56,566 nt of DNA from Octopus bimaculoides. Taxonomy: Eukaryota. The notes beneath the pieces are model-generated. The model did no database searches, was not told the DNA's origin, and saw nothing but the letters and a program-made list of their open reading frames with translations. Both the position numbers and the translations under genes were made by a program. Position 1 is the first letter of the stretch; each line of letters begins with the position of its first letter. The stretch lies in assembly GCF_001194135.2 (NCBI RefSeq), contig NC_068991.1, forward strand, positions 7,757,806 through 7,814,371. The letters run 5' to 3'. Below, in pieces: positions 13,290 through 25,539 of the stretch.

Positions 13290-14831
13290 GTGGCTAATAT
13301 TTTAATATAAATGATATTTTGTCTCATAATTGTGCTTATAATGTAAAATATGTGTGTCTGTGTATCCTTACATACATGCATATATATATAACCATATATT
13401 ATATATAAGTATAGATATTCATATATACTACAGACATCCAAGCTAATAAAGCTTCTCGTTAGTAATTTAACCTGTACATTGTGACGATTAAATCATGTCA
13501 TGTCCCCTCGCAAATTCCTTTCAGCTTTAAACCGAAGAAGTTAAATATTTCATGATTTAGATATAAAGATTATCTTTCCCCTAAAATCATGGCTGTATGA
13601 CTACAGTTGAGAACATTGAATGGCTTAGAAAGTTCAAAGCCAGATCAGCACAGCAAGATATTCTAAAATCATGATATTTCAAAGGTTTAGGACCTGTGCG
13701 TAATGGACACAAGAAATTTTCTTTGATCTCGCTTCATTGTCAGATAATATTGTTTATGGAGAATTGACTGGGTTTGGGTCAACTCCATAAGAACTACACC
13801 AACAGCGACCACACCTATAACAGCTACACATGTACTACAAATATATTGACTAATATAACATATGGTACACACATCGAATTGATTTTTATATAACATGCAT
13901 TTGTTACATGTATTGATTTCATAAATAACATTTTCTGTTAGAAGTCTATCTGGTTTTAGATGTAACTTGCTTATAATGTCATGGTATTTTTGGAAAGACC
14001 TATGCTAAAATCATTTCCTGTTGTCTTCTCCAGGCAGGAATGAAGCCCAACGATTCAGAGAAATAGTAATTGCAACTCAATTCTCTATTTCTCTATTTTT
14101 CAGTGACCCAATTGATGAGAATGAGGTAAAACAATTTTCTGAAATTGAATGTGGGTCACAGACTCAACTTACAAGGATCCTGATAGTACAAAGCTGTCTT
14201 AACAGCTTTATAGGCCACCAGGCAAAACAATGCACTGGGGACCCCACATATACAACCACAGCTGTCATAGGGTCCCTAGACATGAGCTAACAAAGGATCC
14301 TATTCATGGTCGGTTGGCTTGCTAGAAACAGCAACCAAATCTCCTTCAAATCATACCCTACCATCTTAAAAGACAGAAGAACACATTGAATAGTGTAACC
14401 CACAATTTGGCAGAAAAAGGTAGGACAATCGCTGATAGATTACCTTTGATCACATGCATGCTCAGTCAAGTTACGTGGAATTAAACAACTACTGAGAATG
14501 TTTGTTTGTTTTCCAGTAACCCAACAGAAAATTTAAACAGAGCTGCAATCTCATTTAAAAACTGCTAATTCTGTTGAACTCATTCTGCTGCTTACTCTGA
14601 TTGATAATAACAATTAGGTGGACTGAACCAACAGGATTTATGCATTTGATGGTTTATAAGGCACACATGCTTATAAGATGCACCTAAATTTTAGCAGGCC
14701 CTCTCTCGGAACACCTTTTAACATTGATCCAAATTTTGGTATTATCTTGAAAGATTTCCATGGACATTTATTTGGGAAAGAAGCGTGCTATCAAGTCTAG
14801 TAATTACATAAAATTTATATATATATGTGTG

Positions 14832-14864
<33 letters not shown>

Positions 14865-14989
14865 GTATATATATATACATATATATACATATATGTATAT
14901 ACATATATACATGCATACATACATGCATACATACATGCATACATACATACATACATGCATGCATGCATACATGCATGCATGCATACATA

Positions 14990-15240
14990 GACATCAACAT
15001 GAGGAATATTGGTGGAGCTTTCCCATCACAACTTCTACCAAGTGCAAACATAACTGACCAAATATTGTTGTTTGGAAGAGACAAGGTAAGTGTGTAGAGT
15101 CATAGAGGTCAGCTGTCCACCTGATGCGAATATCTTTTTGAAAATCAAAGACGATAACTGTGGGCAATTGCTCTGAAACCTTCAGCTTCTATATTCAGAT
15201 TATAAATTCACATTTACATCAATAATAATAGAAGCGTAAT
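14990..15240 (+). mobile_element. Degenerate non-LTR retrotransposon, restriction-like endonuclease region (R4/Dong/NeSL-type)
   Basis: Frameshifted EYWWSFPITTSTKCKHN*PNIVVW...CRVIEVSCPPDANI...LL*NLQLLYSDYKFTFTSIII, matching the PD..D/ExK REL pattern. Confidence 0.7.
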
Positions 15241-15927
15241 CAATACCAGCATCAATTATTTGAAATTGAAGGAAGGAGCTGGTTTCTAACAATGTCACAA
15301 AGCACCAACATTGGAATGTAGATAACAAAGACAATGTCACTGAACTTGAGAAAAGTCTTACATATTTCTATTGTTCCACTTCAAGATTGTATTAGTAATG
15401 ACCCTGTTAGATGGTTGATTTCTTCTTCTGCAAACATTAGCTTTTACAGATTGCCACTTAGAGGCATTTACAAACAAAACCAGGCACACCAATTATTCTG
15501 TCAGCTCACTACCTTAAATTCATTATGAATATTAAGGTTTGATAAACCCCACTACATCACCAAATAAACACAAGGGAAATCGTTTCAGTGGGCAGTGACC
15601 TTCAGTGGAACATCCTCATTCATTTAATTCTCTATCACTCATTCTGTCATGATATAAATAGGCATCATGGTGAGGTGGAGTTCAACACTAAACAATTGAC
15701 CTAAATTTTATTCAATACTCTATAATAATTTATGAGAGTTTCATTAGCTTTTACTGCTAAAAAGGAGAAGACAGAATCACTCAAGTTTATCCAACCATGA
15801 ATCACTTGTGCTTATTGCATCCACCTCAACTCATCTTTAATCATCTGTCACACTCTGATACACCTACCTACCTACCTACCTACCCATCTTGTTTGTTCCT
15901 CTAACCTATTTCTTTCACTCTCTCTCT

Positions 15928-15959
<32 letters not shown>

Positions 15960-17029
15960 ATTCTCTCTTCAGCAAGACACATACTTCTGTCCTTCTATCA
16001 CACTTTCTCTTCCCTCAATACTATATCCTACACCATTCTTGCCATGCAAGTATTTGGTAACCTCATTAGTAATGGTGCCACGAAAGAAAAAAAGCACCCT
16101 ATCCACTCTGTGAAGTAGTTGTCATTGGGAAGGGCATTCAATTATAGAAACCATGCCAAAGCAGCCATTAGAGCTTGATGTACACCTCTGGCTCATCAGT
16201 TAATGTCAAACCATCCAACCCATACCAGCATAGAAAAAGGGACATGAAATGACGATGATGATGAAGATAATTATGGTGGTGGTGGTGGTGCTGCTGCTAA
16301 TGATGATGATGATGCTGTTGTTGTTGTTGTTCCAAAGACCTTAATAAATTATGGAAGATTGCTTGCTATAAAGTATATTTTCAGAACTTGCCAACGACAC
16401 TCAGCATTTACCAAAAGTTGGTAAAATGCCAACCGAAATGACTAACAGCACTTCGTTTTGTTCTTCAATGTTCTGGTTTCAAATACCAGTAACAGCTATC
16501 TTTGCCTCTCAGTTCACCTGTCTCATTAAATTAGGAGCCAGGTACGTACATGTGTCATTTCGACTGACTATACACCCCTGCCCCAGACACAAATTTGTAG
16601 CTTTGTGATAATGAGTGGAATCAATAATTAATAAGTTTATTGCTTTGATGAACGGCAGTCTTACCACCTGGCATAACTGCTCTAACCGCTTTTTAATTAG
16701 ATATTGAATTTTCTTGTGTTACTCTATCAACATGAGTTGATAACAAAAAATTTTAATTTATGAGATTAAAATTTGTTAACCTGTTAGCACAATTGTATAT
16801 TATTCATTACAACAAGATATACATCAACTGAATTAACAAAGTAATCTTTTCTAATTTTTGGCATTGGGCCAGCAGTTTTGAGGGGAAAGTCGATTACATA
16901 AATCCCAGTGCTGAACTGGTACTCTGTGTTATTGACCCTGAAAGGATGAAAGGCAACGTCAACATCAATGGTATTTGAACCCAGGACATAAGCAGGGAAA
17001 GATGCCCCTTAACATTTTGTAGGCATTTT

Positions 17030-17150
17030 CAAAATGAAACTGGACCTCTTACTGTCAAGTGTCCCAGATGAACCAACTTCACAGCCGGAAGTGCAGATGA
17101 GGGCAGCAGCATCAAACTCCCCCGTGCACCAAACGCCAATTTCTAAAAAG
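17030..17150 (+). mobile_element. CR1/L2-group LINE 3' remnant
   Basis: FKMKLDLLLSSVPDEPT...RAAASNS, same motif class as 37390-37620. Confidence 0.55.
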
Positions 17151-20100
17151 AATTAGTGAAGTAAAACTAGGTAGCAACACCAAATGGTGGTGCCCCAGCA
17201 TGACCACAGCTCATGAGCTGAAACTAGATCAAATCAAATCATAGCAACTTATGCTTTGATTATATTCATATTTGTATCAAAACTGATTTTGGACTTGGAA
17301 TGCAATTGCCCTTTCCATTGCTGACTATACAAATGACAGTGGAGGCGCAATGTCCCAATGGTTAGGGCAGCGGTCGTAGGATTGCGGTTTTGATTCCCAG
17401 ACCAGGCGTTGTGAGTGTTTATTGAAAGAAAACACCTAAAGCTCCACAAGGCTCTGGCAGGAAGTGGTAGCAAACGCTGCTGTACACTTTCACCACAACT
17501 TTCTCTCACTCTTTCTTCCTGTTTCTGTCGTACCTGTATTTCAAAAGGGCCAGCCTTGTCACAATGGCATCAAATTCACCTGTACATCCTATCTTTTTCA
17601 ATCCTCAGCAGAGTCAAACGGAGTTGTAAATTTATTCTGGTCCTCTTTGACATCTTTCTTATCCTTATTCCTGGTCTAGATTTGTACAAAACTTTTTAAA
17701 GAAGAGATAAAATGAACTCAATCAACCTCAGTAAGTCAAGCTGTTCTCTTGACTGGACTGAAGCCAAAGACAACCCTGCCGCATTGAGAAAAGAACCTAA
17801 ATACTGCAAAGCATTTCATAAGCCTTGTTCTCTACCGTTTCTACTACTCCTCTGCCTTAATAGTCCACAATATATGGGAAATCAATGCAGTCTTTTTAAA
17901 CAAATAAATGGCAATTGAAGCTATTAATGAGATCAATACAACATATCAAATATGACATAACTGTATATCTGTGCTTTACAAGAAAGTTAAGTTTAATTGG
18001 TTGTTGTTGCTTAACTCCAGGTCTTCCCTGACCAATTAGAACTCTAATTAAAGGTATGTAGGATATATACAAAGGATTCATGACCAGAGATTGAAACCTC
18101 AATCTTCATGCTTATTTCCATTGTCCTCACACTGAGCATTTAAAATCTGTTAGTTTAACTTATTAAACTTGCCGTCATCGTTGGCTATACAGAAGTGAAC
18201 GAATTCATTCAATTCAAATTTCAGTGACCTATTTCAGCTTTAACACAGGTATTTATTCACAACACCTGTGAAATAACATCAGCTCCTTCTGCGATTTCAG
18301 ACAGTTTACTGTCATTTTTAACACCTAAGCTGAAGTTCAGTTTTCACACACACACACACACACAAACAAACATATTTTGTGTGAGCTTTGCACCCTTTAC
18401 TTTCCTTGTTTCCACACACTTAGTGGCAAACTTCTATGGGGACAGAACAAGAGATTTTTGATGCAAACGATCAGTTAGCACTCAACAAACCTTTGTGTTT
18501 TCTTCCAAATCGTTGCAGTTGTGTAACTACATAACTATTGAATAAAATCTGTAATAAGCATAGCCTGTCTTTCCATTCATTTCTTTATACCCAGAAATTG
18601 TTAACTTGTTACAAGAATTCCCGCTATGACCATCTTGTCTTGCTTGTACATCTGAAATTACATACATAACCCCTAGGCAGAAACTACCTTGTTGTAATCA
18701 GTAGGGTTCTGATATCAACAAGATAATAAATATACTTAAGGAGTTGACTAGAGAGATTACATCATGTAAATGTCAACCGTGCGTAGGTCTTTTGGAGGAA
18801 GACAGTTGAAGTCAAGAAGGTAGACTTACTTTATAAGTGTCATTTAGATAACTACACAATGAAACTGTCACCCCAAAATATATTAAATATACATCGAATA
18901 GTCCAGCCAACGATGGAGCTTTTATGTAGCCAGTGGACCTTTTAGAAGTACAAGTTAAATTCCAGCAAATCACATCCTAAAAGAGCACAGACAATGTAGT
19001 CCTAGCTATACATATAAATAAATTTTTTTAAATGAGAGGTTTAAGGTTAGAATGCTTTTGATAATACATCTACTTGATTATATCTGACCTGGAATTAAAT
19101 AATAACTTCAAAATGTTAAACAATCCAGAGATCTATCACTAACTTACTTCACTCATTTCAGACATGCTGAGACACTGCCTAAAACGGGTTCTTAACCTCA
19201 TAGCCATGTTTGTACCTAAATGTTAACAATGCTAACAAATTAATCCCAACTTATACAAGTTGGCAAGATATTTAACCCTTTAGCATTCAGATTACTCGTC
19301 AAATGTAATGTTTATTTATTCACGTTGTTTTAAATTAATCAAGCAATGTATTATAGCTTTGAGCTTTCGATGATGTGATTGTTTATTCTTAGAATGACAT
19401 TGTAGGGTTGGTGTAAGGTCAGATCTGGCCAGTTTGAACATAAAATGGATAAAATATTTGAGCTAGATGTGGCTGGATTAAGTGCTCAAATTCCACCGAG
19501 GTCGACTTCGCCTTTCATCTATTCAGGCTCGATCGCACCAGTTAAGCACCGAGATTGATGTAATCGACTTAGCCCCTCCCCGCGAAATTACTGGCCTTGA
19601 ACCAAAATTTGAAACTGCTATTTAGCTAATTTTTGGAATATAAATTAACGTGAAATTTAAATTAAAATCGCTTTAAAATAGAGTTTGTAGCACAGAATCA
19701 AAGCAGTTTGGGAGAGATTAGTAACATTCTATAACAAGTGTAAGGGAGGTAACTGTGAGTATTTATATTTACGGTTACAGATTAATGAGGATCCTAAGTT
19801 TGTCCAGCATCTTGGGTGAGAACCATTGCGACTGGTTTCACTAAATACATCATTAAAACTTAATTTTAATGTAAAAACACATCCCGTCCACAGAGAAAAG
19901 ACAAAAGTAGCTACGGCTGAATTTGAATTCCAAATGTTGAAGGAAAGCATTAAATATTGTAAGGCGTTCTACTGTTTCAGCTAATTCATCAGAGCAGATT
20001 TCTAATTGGTAACTTGGCATTATTGTATGAAGGACAAATTACATCCTTTTACAAGATTTGGTCTCGTTTATCTACAACCCGAGTTCGAATTCCATCACAG

Positions 20101-20330
20101 TTGACTTCACTTTTCGTCTCAGTGATGCCAACCAAATAAGCACTTGTGCTGAATCGACATAAGTGACCTTATATAAATACATATCTCCCGAGAATTAAAC
20201 TAAACTGTGGGCTATATTTGCTGGAAAAACCAAATGGATTATTTAACGATATATCCACATCACGGGAAGAAGTCGAAAATCAAAGGGAAGAAAAAACAAA
20301 CGGTGAGAGAAAGAAGAAAACAAAACGGCT

Positions 20331-21114
20331 CTACTTAAATACAGAGGTCCCGATGCATCGCCTTAACGATATGTAACGGGAGTGAAGAAAACGTACACCA
20401 CCCGTTTTCGGCCTAACAAAAATCCTAACCCTTAACCCTATCCCAACCCTAACCACCGGGTGTACGTATTCTGTACTTTCGCCCGAAATGTTTTTACAGT
20501 GCACACTCGCTAGGGTTAGCTTTTAGGTTTAAGGCTACGTAGATGCGTCGGGATCTTTGTATTTAGAGAGTACCATTAAGAGACCTCTGTATTTAAGTAG
20601 TACCAACAAAACTTACAATAACAAAACAAAAATAGTGAACGTGTGAGGGGAAAATATAGGAGAGGAAGATTGTTTAGTATGAGAGAGAATGTGTATGAAA
20701 AAGAATGCGATAGACAGATGAAGAAGAAAAAGAGTGAGAGAAAATTAATTGTTACATATAAACAGAGAAATAGATATAATCAGGAAAAGGTCGAAAGAAA
20801 ATTTAACAAACTATGCAACTGTTAATCTTCAGTTCTTTTTGATTTCGACTTCAACTTTATTTTTTCTATTTGCTAAAGGGTTAGCTAATAAACTATTACA
20901 CTGGCGAGATAGGTGTGATAATTGCTCAGTACACTTTCGGAATAGCTATCTCTACCTCATGGTGAAGAGAAAAAGGGCGGTATTACTGAAATACAGAAGC
21001 CCCGACGCATCCACTTAACGATATAAAGGGGGTGGGAGGGTAACCCTAATCCTCAAAGTAACACTAACCCTAACGAGTGTGCACTGTCCGGGACCTCTGT
21101 ATTTAAGTAGTATT
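20331..21114. mobile_element. Two related short TIR elements with internal (TAACCC)-like repeats
   Basis: TIR ctacttaaatacagaggtcccg / cgggacctctgtatttaagtag at 20331, 20548-20604, 20979 and 21089-21114. Confidence 0.6.
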
Positions 21115-21372
21115 AAAAGGGCAAGGATATGGTGACTGTTTTCTTCTGTGAAAGAAATTTTTTTTATCTAAAGCATTTATTTTTTCTGCATTTTTGTCTT
21201 CCAATTCCGTGCCCTTTTCCCGTAAACTTTTGAGTGATAGTTATTCCGAAAGTCCACCGATTGACTATTACACTTATTTACACTATAGGTGTAACAGTTT
21301 ATTTACTAATCCTTTAGTAAGTAATAAATTGGCTGTCTATAATAGGAAAGTACCCCCATATATATATATATA

Positions 21373-22096
21373 TATATATAAAATATATAGTTTTAGGGAA
21401 AATAACCAAGTTTCAAGAACTCATCGATGAAAATCCACTATCACATATAGAAAAATTAATATTTAAAATCTATTATTCAATTGATTTTTAATTATAATTA
21501 AATAAACGTCTTTAGCTTTAAATAGTATAGCTTTAACTATTACACCGGTTAAATATGTACTAATTTTATCTTCATTATTATTTTAAACTTAAACTTCGTT
21601 CAAATTGTATGTAAAACAATGATAATTTATGTAAGATGTTTTTTGTATATAATATACATGTTATTATAATGGATGAAGGGATGATTATTGAATGGTTATT
21701 ATTTTGATATTATGATATTTTTAATAATTTTTCTATCTTTATATAATAAGTATTTCATATTAATTCATTTGGTACTTATTGTTGGTTGAGATATATATAT
21801 ATATATCTAATTATTGTTCTACTTACGATCTGACGAGTAGCTATATTTTTGAATAGAATTTATTTTCGATAATTTCAATTGATTTTAATCGATTTAAATT
21901 TCTTTCCTATTTGAAAATTAGTTATGAAACACGTGTAATCTTTTTATTATATTTATCTTATGATATTTACTTTACTTTATATTATACTCATTTATTGTGC
22001 TTTTAAATATTCATTTTTCTATATGTGATAGTGGATTTTTATCGATGAGTTCTTGTAACTTGGTTATTTTCCCTAAAACTATATATTTTATATATA
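21373..22096. mobile_element. AT-rich foldback element with ~95-bp inverted arms
   Basis: 21373-21468 and 22001-22096 are reverse complements with about 4 mismatches; flanked by TA runs. Confidence 0.65.
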
Positions 22097-22179
22097 TTTT
22101 ATCTGTAAAGCTCAATTTAATTTTAATTTTTTATAAATTGATTTTAATTGAGTTTTTACCTGTAATTTGGATTTTGTCC

Positions 22180-22223
<44 letters not shown>

Positions 22224-22519
22224 GCAATATTTGATTCCAAATAAAGAAAATTTATGGCTTGATTGAAATATTACATGCCAAAATTTATTACACACAATGC
22301 CTGAGATCATCCTGAAATAACGCCCGTTTTTATTTGTGAATATTTTTTGATAAATATGGTTTTTTAATCAGTTGTTTGTTGAAAAAAGTTATCACTTCAT
22401 TTCAACTATTGCTACAACTGTTGAAACAAGTCATCAAATAAAAGATTTTATAGCTTTGAAGACAACACTAAATAAGTGAAGAGATGTAAATAAACAATCA
22501 AGGGGGGAATAACTCTACA

Positions 22520-22533
22520 GTTTCCATGGAAAC
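22520..22533. promoter_or_regulatory. RFX X-box (perfect palindrome GTTTCCATGGAAAC)
   Basis: Exact 14-bp palindrome matching GTNRCC-N(0-3)-RGYAAC-type RFX consensus, 32 bp upstream of the likely ATG of a cilia/sperm-flagellum gene (LRGUK). Confidence 0.8.
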
Positions 22534-22564
22534 GCACGCTTTGCCTGCTTATTTGCTTGCAAAT

Positions 22565-22660
22565 ATGGAAGCTAAGACCGTGAAAAGTTGTACGATGCGG
22601 GATACTGCGATAGAGATCGATGAAGAGACTTCAACGAGTGAGGAAGCAGAAGTTATCGAA
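22565..22660 (+). CDS. LRGUK: LRGUK putative first coding exon (MEAKTVKSCTMRDTAIEIDEETSTSEEAEVIE)
   Basis: ATG right after the X-box, acidic N-terminus like other LRGUKs, donor GAA|gtaact, phase 0. Start codon uncertain (22526, 22565 or 22595 are in frame). Confidence 0.6.
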
Positions 22661-22707
22661 GTAACTCTCAATCTTAAGCTTTATTTTATTTGTCTATCAA
22701 AGAAAAC

Positions 22708-22740
<33 letters not shown>

Positions 22741-24144
22741 CCGAGATTTGCTCCGACGCGCGTGCATTATGTGTGTGTAGAGAAAGAGAAAAGTCAGTGA
22801 ATGTGTTCTCAAATTATTTTAAAGACTTGTTTGTTTGTTTTTTTAATAAATTATTTACATCCAATTATTTTCCCATTTATTCTGATTTTTTGGGGCCCCA
22901 GAACGTTATTTAACCTTTATTTTGCCACAGTAAACACCAGCTTAGAATCTCTATCATTTACATAACTCAGTGTATCTCAGTTTGACTTAATATACAGTAA
23001 GTACATTTATATACCCGAGTTACATATCTGAAGTAATGCACCCACCAACTTGTTCCTCAGTCTACTAACTCGGCAAGCTTTATCGACTGAGTTTTGGAAT
23101 TGCTGTCTCTCGAAGTACCATACCTCATTAGAAACGGAAATGGAATGGTTTGGAATGAGGAAGGTTGCGAAAAAATTCTTTTAGAAATCATAATTTCTGT
23201 TTCATGAAACAGAAAACATGTCCTTAGTATAGCTAGAATTCCATCCCAAAGATGGCCCGTCTCTTTAGGGCCAGAAGATATTTCAGTCCCCATCAGCTTG
23301 TGACATTCTTTAAGCCCTAAGTGGGGCTCATAATGAGGTACTGCACCTACGTCTGAGATGGCGGTTACTGCTATGCACATTGACATCCTGGATCACATCC
23401 AGTGAAGGATCACTCTGCTGATTGGTATCCAACACTAATGGATACTCTTCAACCCCAGCTCCACAAGTATGCTCTTTCCTCTCTCCCTCCACCCCCATCT
23501 CTCTCTTTTTTTTATAATGGATATAATGGTATCTGCTCCTTGGAGCTGGCAGGTTTCATAACTTCCATCACTCAGGCACCCCCCATCCCACTTCTCTCTC
23601 CTCTCATCTCCTTTGTTGCATCTACCCCTACTTACCCAGCACTATCCACTATAATCCTTTTGCCTTGTAACATCAACCTTCTAGAATTCACTCCCCACCC
23701 ATGCCTTTTCTGCAGGAATTGACCTACAACTGTTGAAACTGAACATTAATACCATCGGTCTCACCTATCTCAAAGAGAAAGCAATGGGCTCTGTCCCATC
23801 CTCCAGACTCAGCAAGTAAATATGTGTGTGTATTTATTATATCAAAACTCTGCATCGACCATCCACTTTTGTTTTTTTAAACTTATCTGTCCATTCTATT
23901 GAGTTCTATATTAAATAATGTTTGTGCTACATAAAAGATATTTTCAATAGGCTTTATAAGCTATACATCACACTCTGAGTGGTTGGCGTTAGGAAGGGCA
24001 TCCAGCTGTAGAAACTCTGCCAAATTAGATTGGAGCCTGGTGTAGCCATCCGGTTGCACCAGTCCTCAGTCAAATCGTCCAACCCATGCTAGCATGGAAA
24101 GCGGACGTTAAACGATGATGATGATGATGATGATGCTATAATGT

Positions 24145-24420
24145 ATGTGTGTAAGGAGATTAGCACGAAAAGACAATTCCGTTGACTCTACAGTTCCTCA
24201 CCTGGTCTGTGAAGTCTGTGGCCACATATGTATGCCTTGTGTAGGCCTGGAGAGCCGCCAGAGAGGCCACACAGAAAGACCTGTTACAAATTACAATTTT
24301 CTTGCTGGGGCCAACCTCACATGCACTGTCTGCCAGAACACATGTATAAATCAGGTAGGTTTATCTAGGTACATGAGGGTGCACAGAGAAAATCATCAGA
24401 ATGATCCAGAACACTCAAGA
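24145..24420 (+). mobile_element. RTE-type LINE 3' remnant with C2H2-like motifs
   Basis: CEVCGHICMPCVGLESRQRGH and CTVCQNTCINQVGLSRYMRVH resemble the CxxCxRxCxSxIGLxSHxRxH tail of RTE ORF2; intronic, no splice context. Confidence 0.55.
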
Positions 24421-24554
24421 AGTCAGAAGAATTTGTATGAATATTGAACCTGCAACAAGTTCTGTAAGTTGCTGGCAGCATTCAAGAGCCATTGTTATTC
24501 TTACAACATGTAATTCTGTAATACATTTTATTTAGTCAGCCATAAGTCGGCAAT

Positions 24555-24615
<61 letters not shown>

Positions 24616-24901
24616 TATAGATATATATATGTATGTATGCATGCTTGCTTGTTTGCTCATTTGTTTGTTCTCTCTTCTAATTTTAATTATTTGAAGTCTT
24701 CCTCAGAAGAAGGAGTAGGTTTCTAACAAAAATACAAAATTTCATCTTTGGTATGTGTGTATGCATGTACATATGTATGTATATAGATAGTTAGGTAGAT
24801 ATGTATAATATGTGTGTGATTAATTTGTAGATTTATTTATTTTCTGCACAATAAAATATTGTTCAATAACAATGGTTTTCTAATTTTCTCTTGTTTTTCA
24901 G

Positions 24902-24938
24902 TTATCAAAAGATGAGCAGATTATTATTGAGAGAATAT
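24902..24938 (+). CDS. LRGUK: Possible 37-nt LRGUK micro-exon (LSKDEQIIIERI+T)
   Basis: Strong acceptor ttttctcttgtttttcag and donor T|gtaaga, in phase with exon 1. It ends in phase 1 while the next identified exon starts in phase 0. Confidence 0.4.
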
Positions 24939-25457
24939 GTAAGAATTTATCAGATCTTATGAATATTCAGAAGTCATTTTGTGGTCAGCTGCAGTACTCA
25001 GCATTTTACGGAATTGTAAATATAAAGATAATCCTTGTTCAATTTTTCTTTTTTTATTTTTATGTGTGGGAGGCTTCGGTCTACTCTATTGCCAACTGTA
25101 GATCAACTATCAGAGATTCATTTTTTTAAAATGGAAATTAATAGCAAACATTACTGAAGATTATTGTTGCATTTCTTCATTAATAGACGGTTCGCACAGA
25201 CAGACAGACTTAGAATGACTGAAACGAGTAAAAGATAAAAGATAAGAAAACTATTGTGAACTGTACAAAGTTAGCATTTTGAAAAGCTGAATTCACACCT
25301 TTTAGCTAAATCTTTAGTCGCTTGACCTAGCAAAAAGTACAAGTTTTGATGTGTTTGTATGTATTTGTGTGTTCAAGTTTTTTTCTTTCTTTCTCAGAGA
25401 TAGAAATAAAAATCTTTTCAATCATTTATTTTTAAAACTTTTTTTTTAAATACATAG

Positions 25458-25539
25458 GACTTGGAACTAAAGAATATTGAACCACTGAAACCATATAGTT
25501 ACCTTCAAAAAATTGATGTTTCCAATAATCACATATCAG
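25458..25539 (+). CDS. LRGUK: LRGUK LRR exon (DLELKNIEPLKPYSYLQKIDVSNNHIS)
   Basis: tacatag| acceptor, G|gtaag donor; SDS22-like LRR resembling LRGUK 'YVHLQKLDLSANKIE'. Confidence 0.85.

Noticed and set aside
13687-13896. Minus-strand ORF with a hydrophobic stretch (TCVAVIGVVAVGVVLM)
   Set aside because: Weak donor, no partner exons, no recognisable family.
14104-14125. 22-nt micro-exon-like segment (DPIDENE) with good splice sites
   Set aside because: No neighbouring exons in compatible phase could be found; chance occurrence is likely.
17340-17420. tRNA gene-like sequences (also 29345-29420, 33535-33600 and SINE heads)
   Set aside because: A/B boxes only, no full cloverleaf; they continue into SINE bodies.
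19960-20000. Third hammerhead-like motif (minus: CTGATGA-ATTAGCT-GAAACAGTA)
   Set aside because: Core boxes are present but stems I and II barely pair; not supportable without a family consensus.
21470-22000. Possible mitochondrial insertion (NUMT) because of extreme AT content
   Set aside because: No recognisable mitochondrial gene, tRNA or rRNA motif; enclosed by long inverted arms instead.
24145-24447. C2H2 zinc-finger gene
   Set aside because: No TGEKP linkers, degenerate His ligands, intronic; fits an RTE LINE tail better.
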